NCBI GenBank assembly: GCA_965262385.1 | Contig: CBDHFB010000016.1 | Span: 2,011,381-2,075,380 of the forward strand | DNA: 64,000 nt | DNA from: Dehalococcoidia bacterium | Lineage (GTDB): Bacteria; Chloroflexota; Dehalococcoidia; Lucifugimonadales; CATOSD01 | Reading direction: 5' to 3' | Part shown: piece after piece, positions 26,407-34,727 of the stretch | Layout of the letters: each line of letters begins with the position of its first letter | How positions within the stretch are numbered: position 1 is the first letter of the stretch | Notes under the pieces: generated by a model | Database searches by the model: none | The model's input: the letters and a program-made list of their open reading frames with translations, nothing else | Told to the model about the DNA's origin: nothing | Position numbers and translations under genes: made by a program

Positions 26407-27497
26407 CCTGGCTTGATCATCATCGTCGTAGTGAGCAATACGCTTCTGAAGCGGAGATACTTGCCCACCGCAGTGAGAAGGTTTCTGCCCAGCGTGTTTA
26501 CGAAAGAGCAGCGGAAGCCGAAGTTTCGGCACTTGGCGCGCTCGGATCTGACAAGCCGCGAACGTATGGCATTACCGCAGTTAGTGCTGTTGCACTCTAC
26601 ACCAAGGCCGCAAAGTGGCCCGAAGCCCGGGTGCTGGCGTACCGTTGCCTCGGCTCAGGGCTCCTACCAGAGTTTGCGTGGCAACAGATGGAAGATCTCC
26701 TTGACTCTATCAAGGTGCAGGAGTTCGGCATTAACGTCGCTGCTCAACTGTTGGTGTCGGCAAGAGGTGGTACTATCGTGGCAGGCGGTGCTCCCTGGGA
26801 TGTAGTTTTGCCACAAATGCAGAGGGTGGTTTCGCTGTTTCAGCGAACCACCGAGTTCATTAAGAGCGTCCCACACCGAAAACGCGGATTGCCTAGCAAG
26901 GACATTCAAGATTCATACAAGCCTTGGATCTTTCAAGCTGAACCCGGAAGCTATCAGTTTGCTGTTTGCTTACAGCACACGAGGCAGTTATCCATGCTTG
27001 ACTATGACGTTCCATCGGAACAGGTTGTTGATCGCCTATTTGACATATTGGACGTATGTGTTACTTCGCCAAGTGTGAGAATGGCCGACGTCGTACCTAA
27101 CGACGACTATGCAAAAACATTTCTCAAATTGATACGTGACTTGGCACCGAAAGAGAAGGGGAGTTTTTCTTATGTCGATGTCCAATCGGCATCAGCTGAT
27201 CACCTAATCACCTTGCATGCTGGTGTTAGATTCAGTATTAGTAAGGCTCTTCGAGATAGACAAGCTCGCGTGCCGGATTCGATAGAGGAAGAAATCCACG
27301 GAGTTTTGCGTGCCTTGCATCTGAATCAGGATTGGATTGAGGTTGTTACCGATAAGGAGGGGGAGAGCCTCAGGATAGTTGGCGCAGGTGATGAGGTCGA
27401 TGACAGGATAGGTCCAATGGTGAACCAACCGGTGTTGGTGCGAGTGGCGCGGGCAGGAGAGAGACGCACTTTCATAGATATCGAACTTGATGAGTAG
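26403..27497 (+). CDS. Hypothetical protein, gene B of the cassette
   Basis: 364 aa. The start overlaps the stop of gene A (ATGA). N-terminal helical region. No family recognised. Confidence 0.65.
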   Translation: MTWLDHHRRSEQYASEAEILAHRSEKVSAQRVYERAAEAEVSALGALGSDKPRTYGITAVSAVALYTKAAKWPEARVLAYRCLGSGLLPEFAWQQMEDLLDSIKVQEFGINVAAQLLVSARGGTIVAGGAPWDVVLPQMQRVVSLFQRTTEFIKSVPHRKRGLPSKDIQDSYKPWIFQAEPGSYQFAVCLQHTRQLSMLDYDVPSEQVVDRLFDILDVCVTSPSVRMADVVPNDDYAKTFLKLIRDLAPKEKGSFSYVDVQSASADHLITLHAGVRFSISKALRDRQARVPDSIEEEIHGVLRALHLNQDWIEVVTDKEGESLRIVGAGDEVDDRIGPMVNQPVLVRVARAGERRTFIDIELDE

Positions 27498-27706
27498 ACC
27501 GGCAGTTCAAACAGCTGCGCCTTGTGCCTGTCTCCTGTGGTGGTGAAGAAGACTGTGGAGTCCAACAGTGCGAGACATGCCGCATAGCTGACATAACCAA
27601 GAAGAAGACCTGCAGACGCGGATCAAATGCGCCCAGTCCCGGCCCTTGGAAGATCTACTGAGGTGCGGCGAGGCTGCGTTCTATGGACAGGTGAGGGAGT
27701 TCGCAA

Positions 27707-28087
27707 ATGACTTTGGAGATTTCCGCTTGGGAACAACGTAGACGGCAACGCGCTTCCGTGAAGGCGGCGTACCATCGACTCAGAGACTGCGTCGCAGGCG
27801 AATTTGCGCCAGGATACTTCAACTCTCATAGGGCGCTGGCCGCTGAGAGGGGCGGTCTGGAAATGTGCGACGCTGTTCTCGGGCACGTTCTAGCAGTGCC
27901 GCCAGATGCAAGCACGGAGGTAAGAGCGCATGAACTGCTGAACCGAGTCTCTCGAGCCGTAGTTACCCAGGAGGTCGAGAATCGATGCCATAATTTACAT
28001 GCAGCCTGCGCGCTAATGCTCGACGCTCTCTGTGTGCCTGTCGCAATGATTTGGGAACTATATACGATGTTACCCACGAAGCCCTAG
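27707..28087 (+). CDS. Hypothetical protein
   Basis: 126-aa ORF with a GGGAG Shine-Dalgarno. No recognisable motif. Confidence 0.4.
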   Translation: MTLEISAWEQRRRQRASVKAAYHRLRDCVAGEFAPGYFNSHRALAAERGGLEMCDAVLGHVLAVPPDASTEVRAHELLNRVSRAVVTQEVENRCHNLHAACALMLDALCVPVAMIWELYTMLPTKP

Positions 28088-28141
28088 CCGTACCGTGCCG
28101 CGCCGGAGTACCATTAACCCTACCATCAGGGAGGGTGCAAC

Positions 28142-29056
28142 ATGGTACATACGCCGAAGGACATCACACTTGTAGAGGCCGTGCGCCGATTCTCGGATGA
28201 GGCCGCGGTGGAGGCCGAGTTCATCGCCGCCCGCTGGCCCAACGGCGTGTGCTGCCCAGGCTGCGGCTCCCTCGACGTTCAGCCGCGCCCTACCCGCAAG
28301 CCGCAACCCTACCGCTGCCGCGATTGCCGCAAGGACTTCAGCGTCCGGACGGGCACGGTTATGCAGGGTTCCAACCTTCCGCTTGGCACGTGGGCTTTGG
28401 CGATGTTTTGCCTAACTACCAACCCGAAGGGCGTGGCTAGCACCAAGCTTGCCCGCGACCTCGGGGTCACGCAGAAGACCGCTTGGCACCTAGCCCATCG
28501 TATCCGCAAGGCGTGGGAGGACGGACGAGAGCCATTCGCAGGGCCGGTTGAGGTTGACGAAGCCTACTTCGGCGGCAAAGAGAAGAACAAGCACTCTAGC
28601 AAGAAACTACACCCCGGTGGCGGTATGGGCGGCAAGACGGCGGTTGTGGGTATGAAGGATCGATCAACGAACCAGATTGCCACCGCCGTTGTGCAGGTAG
28701 CCGACAAGCCTACCTTGCAGGAGTTCGTGCGGGATCGCATCGCGCCGAGCGCGGTGGTGTACTCCGACGAGCACAAGGGTTATGTTGGCTTAGACAACCA
28801 CTTTGCGATCAAGCACGGCAAGGGGCAATACGTCGATGGGGACGTTCACACCAACGGCATAGAGAGCCATTGGGCGCTGCTCAAGCGCGGGTACATGGGC
28901 GTCTACCACTGGATGAGCGCCAAGCACCTGCACCGCTACGCCACGGAGTTCGCCGGCCGGCATAACGCGCGCCCGCTAGACACCATCTCCCGCATCCGTC
29001 AGCTGATGGCGGGCGCAAACGGCAAGCGGCTGCGCTACCAGGACTTGATCGCGTAA
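28142..29056 (+). CDS. IS1595-family transposase
   Basis: N-terminal zinc ribbon (CPGCGS...YRCRDCRKDFSVRTGT), then a DDE part (EVDEAYFGG...VYSDEHKGY...TNGIESHWALLKR). Confidence 0.9.
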   Translation: MVHTPKDITLVEAVRRFSDEAAVEAEFIAARWPNGVCCPGCGSLDVQPRPTRKPQPYRCRDCRKDFSVRTGTVMQGSNLPLGTWALAMFCLTTNPKGVASTKLARDLGVTQKTAWHLAHRIRKAWEDGREPFAGPVEVDEAYFGGKEKNKHSSKKLHPGGGMGGKTAVVGMKDRSTNQIATAVVQVADKPTLQEFVRDRIAPSAVVYSDEHKGYVGLDNHFAIKHGKGQYVDGDVHTNGIESHWALLKRGYMGVYHWMSAKHLHRYATEFAGRHNARPLDTISRIRQLMAGANGKRLRYQDLIA

Positions 29057-29132
29057 CTAGGACGCGAGAAAACGTGCGATAATGAAGAGGCCCCGCTGGG
29101 TAGCTACTCCAGCGGGGCCTAGTTGCGAACAT

Positions 29133-29216
29133 GCCGGTGTGGTGAAATTGGAAAACACGCGGTATTGCCATTACCGTGGTCTATTGACCTTGCGGGTTCA
29201 AATCCCGCCACCGGCA
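29133..29216 (+). tRNA. Type-II (Leu-like) tRNA with anticodon GCC; isotype unclear
   Basis: Hand-folded. Acceptor GCCGGTG/CACCGGC, D-stem GTG/CAC with loop AAATTGGAAAA, anticodon stem CGGTA/TACCG with loop TTGCCAT, 15-nt variable arm (GGTC/GACC stem), T-arm GCGGG-TTCAAAT-CCCGC, discriminator A. Confidence 0.6.
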
Positions 29217-29245
29217 TACTGATTATGTCGGGGAGTGGCGGCGGG

Positions 29246-29362
29246 CTATTCCTCTTTCTTGACGGACTTGACGAGCGCCTTGAGGACGTTCTCGTAAGTG
29301 TCGGGAATGGGGGGTATGAGCTTGGCCGGGCGGCCGCTCGGCTTTGCTTCCTTGTCGTCCAT
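29246..29362 (-). CDS. Small basic protein (38 aa)
   Basis: MDDKEAKPSGRPAKLIPPIPDTYENVLKALVKSVKKEE, preceded by GGAGGAGGG 6 nt upstream. Below the ORF-track cutoff. Confidence 0.45.
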   Translation of the reverse strand: MDDKEAKPSGRPAKLIPPIPDTYENVLKALVKSVKKEE

Positions 29363-29625
29363 TCGTCCCTCCTCCTATGCTTGGTGGTAGTGTCGCCGCC
29401 CCTGCGGTAGCAACCCAGGGTGACTGTAGCACAGTTACGGCATTGTAGCATAAAAACCCGAATGGTAGCGCCTAACTCTTGGGTGTGTTACCCTGCGGCT
29501 TGCGTTCCGGCAAGTACGCAATTCGCCTAACTCGTATGCAGGCAGGTGGGCTCACGCCCCCTTCCGGGCATACGAACGGGTTGTACCTTGCCGGAACCAC
29601 CCACCTACCGGAAGGGGGTTCCTTT

Positions 29626-30000
29626 ATGTCAAGCTACGACCCGAGGCGCGATATTGAATACGACCTCACTATCAGGTCATCGCCGTCTTTGGGCGGATGG
29701 GAGCCCAAACCCAATCCCTACTCGGACAACCAGCGGATAGGCCGAGGCGCTTGGTGGGCGCTAACGCTCACATTAGTCGTTCCGGGAGTGTTTGCCGCAG
29801 CAATAGGCGGCACTTTGGGGTGGCTCGCTTGGGCTGGCCTCCAAACCGTCGTGAATGTCTTTCGCTACCACGACCTCGGCAAGAGCGGCTGGGCGGCGCT
29901 GATCGGCTGGATTCCCATAGTTGGGTTCTTCTGGATTCTGGTCGAGTGTGGGTTTCTCAAGGGCACTCCTAAGCATGTTTGCGAGGAGCGCTGTGGGTAG
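29626..30000 (+). CDS. DUF805-family membrane protein
   Basis: RYHDLGKSGWAALIGWIPIVGFFWILVECGF motif. The start is taken at MSSYD after GGAAGGGGG. Confidence 0.75.
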   Translation: MSSYDPRRDIEYDLTIRSSPSLGGWEPKPNPYSDNQRIGRGAWWALTLTLVVPGVFAAAIGGTLGWLAWAGLQTVVNVFRYHDLGKSGWAALIGWIPIVGFFWILVECGFLKGTPKHVCEERCG

Positions 30001-30676
30001 CGTGCAGCGGCGTTCCCCTCCGCGCCGTAGCAAACCGCGCCCGCCGCGCGTGTTCAAGAAGGAGGGTGGCGGCTCAAATGTCGGATGCTTCCTCTTGCTG
30101 TTGCTTATTGGTATACCGCTTAGCGCGGGAATATGGGCGATCTATAGCGGCTACTCCAAGCAGTACGGCACGCCCGTCATTGTCAAACAACTAAGCGGCG
30201 TTGGGGTCGCCATATCCGACGCCGTTGCCGTGGCGGACTCCCACGAGGTTGCGACGTGGATTGTCACTCTTACAGACGAAGAACGAGTAGCGGCGGGCTT
30301 GGCTCCGTTGCAACGCGATAAGCGCATAGATGCGATTGCACAAGCACATAGCGCGGCGATGCTGGCCAACAGGAAGCTGGATCATAAACTGGCCGGCAAA
30401 AACGCGAATGATAGGGCGCAGAGTGCAGGATACAATTGCCACCGCGCACTTGGCGGCGGTCGCTACACTTTCGGGTTGAGCGAGAACATTAGCATGCACG
30501 AGGGGGCTTGGCACTTCACTCCCGAACCTATGGCGCGCGATATGGTAGACGGCTGGATGGACAGCCCTGGGCACCGTGCGAACATTATGAACCCTATGAA
30601 CGAGCGCATAGGCGTGGGAGTTGCCCAAGAAGGAGGGTTGTGGTACGCAACGCAAAACTTCTCTCAATGCCAATAG
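29975..30676 (+). CDS. CAP/SCP (PR-1-like, YkwD-type) domain protein with an N-terminal TM anchor
   Basis: ...AQAHSAAMLANRKLDH...GENI...VDGWMDSPGHRANIMNP...IGVGV. The start codon is uncertain. Confidence 0.75.
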   Translation: MFARSAVGSVQRRSPPRRSKPRPPRVFKKEGGGSNVGCFLLLLLIGIPLSAGIWAIYSGYSKQYGTPVIVKQLSGVGVAISDAVAVADSHEVATWIVTLTDEERVAAGLAPLQRDKRIDAIAQAHSAAMLANRKLDHKLAGKNANDRAQSAGYNCHRALGGGRYTFGLSENISMHEGAWHFTPEPMARDMVDGWMDSPGHRANIMNPMNERIGVGVAQEGGLWYATQNFSQCQ

Positions 30677-31181
30677 ATGAGGTGTGCCTGCGTTGAGCCA
30701 CGCGCTAGGCGTGGCTGGCAAGCGCGCCCGCTAGTCCCGCAAGCAAGAACGTAGCAAGCAAGAAGTAGAATAGTTGATTGTATGAGACTTCCCAACGGTG
30801 CATGTCAACCTCCCGTCCAGAGGCTGGACATACGGTGGGCAGGAATTGTACTCTGCCTTTGCCGGTGCATGTCAACCTCCCGGCACCTTGCCCCGGCGTT
30901 CTCGCGCCGGGGTTTCTCTTTCTGTTGCTTAGACTTGTTGCGCGTTACCCACTCCGCCAGCGCGCCAGCCGAGCGCCGCCGCCACTCCCAACACAACCAT
31001 GACAATAACCAGCCCTACAAATAACTCATTCATTACCGTTCCTCCTTGTTAGGTTCCTTCCCATCGTACTGTGTAGCAGAGCTACCTGTCAACGCGCGCC
31101 GCTATTTTGACAGGTGGGAGGGTTCGGGTATAAGCTCTTTCGCGTTAACGTACCGGCCCATTGCCCTAAGCTGAGAACGCG

Positions 31182-31532
31182 ATGAATCTGCCCAGTTTGA
31201 ATCCAAGAGGCATGTTCGGCCCACAGCGCATCAACCGCAAGCGTTGGTGGCTGTGGGCACTCGCCGGCGCTGTCGGGTATCTGGCAACAGTCTTCCTCTG
31301 CGCAGTTATCGGGAACGTCCCACTCCTAACGGCAGCGCTGTGGGGCGGCGGCGTGGCATACGGGACATTCCAGTGGAACCTCGATGTCCGGCGCTACCAC
31401 GACCTCGGCAAGAGCGGCTGGCGGACGATGGCGAATCTGGTGCCCATTGTGGGGTTCTACCTGATTGTCGTCGAGTGCGGATTCGAGAAGAGCGACCCCA
31501 ACGAGAACCAGTGGGGCGCGCCCAGGACATAA
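31182..31532 (+). CDS. DUF805-family membrane protein (paralog)
   Basis: RRYHDLGKSGWRTMANLVPIVGFYLIVVECGF. Confidence 0.75.
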   Translation: MNLPSLNPRGMFGPQRINRKRWWLWALAGAVGYLATVFLCAVIGNVPLLTAALWGGGVAYGTFQWNLDVRRYHDLGKSGWRTMANLVPIVGFYLIVVECGFEKSDPNENQWGAPRT

Positions 31533-31575
31533 GGCGCGCTAGGCGGGCGGCGGGTAAGACCGTATATAGTTCCCA

Positions 31576-32058
31576 ATGATTTGGGGTGCGGTATACGCAG
31601 CGGACGAGGGAGGCCGCGCATTCTGGTTGAACGCAAGGGAGGGGCCGACCTTTCCGGGACACCGTCCTGGACACTCTTGGTTACTGACTCCATCGTGGCG
31701 CGTAGCGGACCTCGCGCTCGTACACCAATTCGATGTCCCCGGTGATTACAACGACATCAATGCCACACTTCCTCCCATCATTACAATCACCTCAAGCGAA
31801 GCGTCGGAGCCTGACGTCAACTGGTGGCGGTTGGAAGGTGGTGATCTTCTAACGTCGGACGAGTATGTCCAAGCGACTCGATATCATGACGTCATTGGGT
31901 GGAGTCAGCACCAGTCGGGACCTACGACCGTTCGGTATCTTCCCGGAGCGACAACTCTCCCAGTGGAAGCCGAACTGGGGGACATAAACATCAAGATCGG
32001 CGGTCTGTCTCCGAGAAAGTTTTTCGACCGGCACGCATCAGATCTCCTTCCGTCCTGA
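31576..32058 (+). CDS. Hypothetical protein
   Basis: 160-aa ORF with no recognisable motif and no clear Shine-Dalgarno. Confidence 0.35.
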   Translation: MIWGAVYAADEGGRAFWLNAREGPTFPGHRPGHSWLLTPSWRVADLALVHQFDVPGDYNDINATLPPIITITSSEASEPDVNWWRLEGGDLLTSDEYVQATRYHDVIGWSQHQSGPTTVRYLPGATTLPVEAELGDINIKIGGLSPRKFFDRHASDLLPS

Positions 32059-32695
32059 TCGGCACTACTCACCGTTGGATTATCGGACAGCCGCACCTAT
32101 CCGACCAGGCTCAAACCGCTCACTAGGGCAGGGACACAGGAAGCCGAGTTGAGGGACCCGGTGAAGCTTCTTGATATCCTCTGGCCTGCCGCGCCGCACT
32201 ATCATGCCGGGGTTAAGGGCGTCGGCAGATTTGGAGAGTCCCCAGCCACATCTCGAAGGTGGTTCTGGCTTCAGTCAACTCTAGCCCACCAGTCTATGCC
32301 CGAGAACTGAAGGGCTCGGACTCTTCCGATAAGCACACGCTGGGCGGAGCGGAGTCCCTCTGGCCTGGCCAAGATTACGGGGTGGCCCGAAGAGGTCGTA
32401 TGGGCCACGGCCGGCGAGGGTGGTCGGCTGCCGTTGTCTGCGGCATCGGCGGCGGCGTCCGTCTTCCGCAGGTCGGGCTGGCTGCCCAGAGCGCCCATCA
32501 TAGTGCCCGACTGGTCGATACAGAGCGAGCGGCACTTCTGCGGCGCGGGCGCGCTGAGGGTCGTGGGCGGGCACGGCAACATGGAGATGGGTTGACGGCC
32601 AGGATGACCTGGACGGCCAAACCCGGATTCGCCCGAGCATGTATAATGTTGCCGCCGGCGGGAGCGCCGCGCCCTATCTCACTTAGAGGTCGACA

Positions 32696-33877
32696 ATGGC
32701 GGTAGCCAAGAAGGTTCGCGAGTTCATGGAGCAGGGGTCGTGGATTCGCAAGATGTTCGAGGACGGCATCATCCTGCGCCAGGAGCACGGCGACGAGAAC
32801 GTGTTCGACCTGTCGCTCGGCAACCCCGTCATGGAGCCGCCGCGCGAGTTCTTCGACCAGCTGCGCCGCATCGCCGACGACCCGACGCCGGGGATGCACC
32901 GCTACATGCCCAACTCCGGCTATCCTCACGCGCGCGCGGCGGTGGCCGCACAACTCCGCGAGGAGACGGGGCTGGACTTCACGGCCGACCACACGCTGAT
33001 GACGGTGGGCGCGGGCGGCGCGATGAACGTGGTGCTCAAGGCGCTGCTGGACCCGGGCGACGAGGTGATCATCTTCGCCCCCTACTTCGTGGAGTACCAC
33101 TACTACGCCGACAACCACGGCGGGTCCTGCCGGGTGGTGCCGCCGGACGACGACTTTCTGCCCGACCTCGCCGCGTTCGAGGCGAGCTTCAACGATAAGA
33201 CCCGCATCGTGCTCATCAACTCGCCCAACAACCCCACGGGCGTGGTCTACTCCGCCGAGCTGCTGGCCCGGATGTGCGAGATCATCCGCGCCAAGGAGGC
33301 CGAGCTGGGCAGGGAGATATTCCTGGTGAGCGACGAGCCGTACCGCAAGCTGCTCTTCGACGGGCTGAGCTATCCGCACGTGTTCGGCCACCACGTGCGC
33401 GCCATCACGGCGACCTCGCACTCCAAGGATCTGGCCCTGCCCGGCGAGCGAATCGGCTACGTGGCCACACACCCCGAATACGAAGACTGCGCCGAGCTGA
33501 TGGACGGCTTCGCGTTCGCCAACCGCGTGCTTGGCTTCGTGAACGCCCCCGCGCTGATGCAGCACATCGTGGCCCACCTGCAGTCGGTGACCGTCGACGT
33601 GGGAATCTATCAGGACAAGCGTGATTTCCTGTACCAGAACCTGACGGAGATGGGCTACGAGACGGTCAAGCCGCAGGGGGCGTTCTACATGTTTCCGGTC
33701 TCACCGGCCGAGAACGAGATCGACTTCGTGGACGCCCTCAGGGAGCGCAACGTGCTGGTGGTGCCTGGACGCGGCTTCGGGCTGCCCGGCTACTTCCGCA
33801 TTTCGTACTGCGTGGACGACCGCACGCTGGAGGGCTCGCTGAAGGGCTTCCGGGAGGCTATGGCGCGGTTCGGGTAG
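32696..33877 (+). CDS. Class I/II pyridoxal-phosphate-dependent aminotransferase
   Basis: ...DLSLGNP...YMPNSGYPHAR...INSPNNPTG...TSHSKDLALPGERIGY. Confidence 0.9.
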   Translation: MAVAKKVREFMEQGSWIRKMFEDGIILRQEHGDENVFDLSLGNPVMEPPREFFDQLRRIADDPTPGMHRYMPNSGYPHARAAVAAQLREETGLDFTADHTLMTVGAGGAMNVVLKALLDPGDEVIIFAPYFVEYHYYADNHGGSCRVVPPDDDFLPDLAAFEASFNDKTRIVLINSPNNPTGVVYSAELLARMCEIIRAKEAELGREIFLVSDEPYRKLLFDGLSYPHVFGHHVRAITATSHSKDLALPGERIGYVATHPEYEDCAELMDGFAFANRVLGFVNAPALMQHIVAHLQSVTVDVGIYQDKRDFLYQNLTEMGYETVKPQGAFYMFPVSPAENEIDFVDALRERNVLVVPGRGFGLPGYFRISYCVDDRTLEGSLKGFREAMARFG

Positions 33878-33893
33878 GGGGTAGGAGAGGGAC

Positions 33894-34235
33894 ATGAACA
33901 GAGCCACTCTGCGGTCGGCGAACGTATCGCAAAGCGTCTTGGACGAGATAGTGAGGCGCATCGTAGAGGCGGCCGAGCCGGAGAAGCTAATCTTGTTCGG
34001 CTCCACCGCCCGCGGCGACGCGGGGCCGGACAGCGACTTGAACTTTCTAATCGTGAAGACGGGAGCGCACCGCCGCAAGCTCGGTGTAAAGATACGCCGC
34101 AGCCTGTACGGCGTAAGGGCGGCCATCGACGTGATTGTGGCTACGCCCGAAGACCTGGAACGGTACAGGAACAGCCACGCCTTGGTGTACAGGCCAGCCC
34201 TCACAGAAGGACTGGTTCTCTTTGACGCAACGTGA
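33894..34235 (+). CDS. Nucleotidyltransferase-domain protein (MNT-type antitoxin)
   Basis: LFGSTARGDAGPDSDLNFLIV motif (GSxxRGx...DxD). Confidence 0.85.
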   Translation: MNRATLRSANVSQSVLDEIVRRIVEAAEPEKLILFGSTARGDAGPDSDLNFLIVKTGAHRRKLGVKIRRSLYGVRAAIDVIVATPEDLERYRNSHALVYRPALTEGLVLFDAT

Positions 34236-34628
34236 GCGCTTTGGCGCCGGACGACTCGCGCGAATGGCTGAACCGCGCAAGGAGCGACCTTGCTATGGCC
34301 AGGGCTGACGTCCCCGGCGTCTATCCGGAAGGACCTGTGCTTTCACGCTCAGCAAGCGGCGGAGAAGGCCGTCAAGGGGCTGCTAATTATGCACGGCGTA
34401 GGGTTCCCTTTCGTGCATGACCTGGCCTTTCTGTCGTCGTTGCTCGAAGAGACGGGCGAGGCTATCCCGGACGCGGTTCTCAGGGCCGCCGACCTTACCG
34501 ACTACGCGGCGATGACTCGCTACCCGGGACCGTATGAGCCAGTTTCCGAGGAAGAGTGCGCTGATGCCAACTATGTTGCGGAGGTTATGGTGCGCTGGGT
34601 GGAGGGGCGGGTCGAGGTTGGTTTGTGA
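34232..34628 (+). pseudogene. HEPN-domain protein (toxin partner of MNT) with a 1-nt frameshift
   Basis: ORF 34232-34420 carries the N-terminus (REWLNRARSDLAMA). ORF 34290-34628 carries DLCFHAQQAAEKAVKGLL.... The frames meet at GGAAGGA (34327-34333). Confidence 0.7.
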
Positions 34629-34671
34629 GGCAAGCGCGCTAGTCTCCCATCGAAGGGATAGCGGGAAGCCG

Positions 34672-34727
34672 TCACCCCCTGCCCCGTATCGAGTACGGGG
34701 CAGGCTCTAACCTTCCCCCGTCGAGGG
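34672..34727 (+). repeat. REP-B element, left part (interrupted by the IS4 element)
   Basis: CCCCGTATCGAGTACGGGGCAGGCTCTAACCTTCCCCCGTCGAGGG. It continues at 36059-36078. Confidence 0.85.

Noticed and set aside
29119-29451. 110-aa minus-strand ORF
   Set aside because: It overlaps the tRNA-like gene and is out of frame with the better-supported 38-aa ORF that has a strong Shine-Dalgarno.
25687-32250. Integrase or recombinase and an att direct repeat for the tRNA-Leu island
   Set aside because: I searched by eye and found none. The island call rests on composition and gene content only.
32271-32640. Overlapping minus-strand ORFs (103 and 119 aa) and plus-strand ORF 32259-32705
   Set aside because: They are mutually exclusive frames in a G+C-rich spacer, with no Shine-Dalgarno or motif. 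The region may be decayed sequence at the island border.
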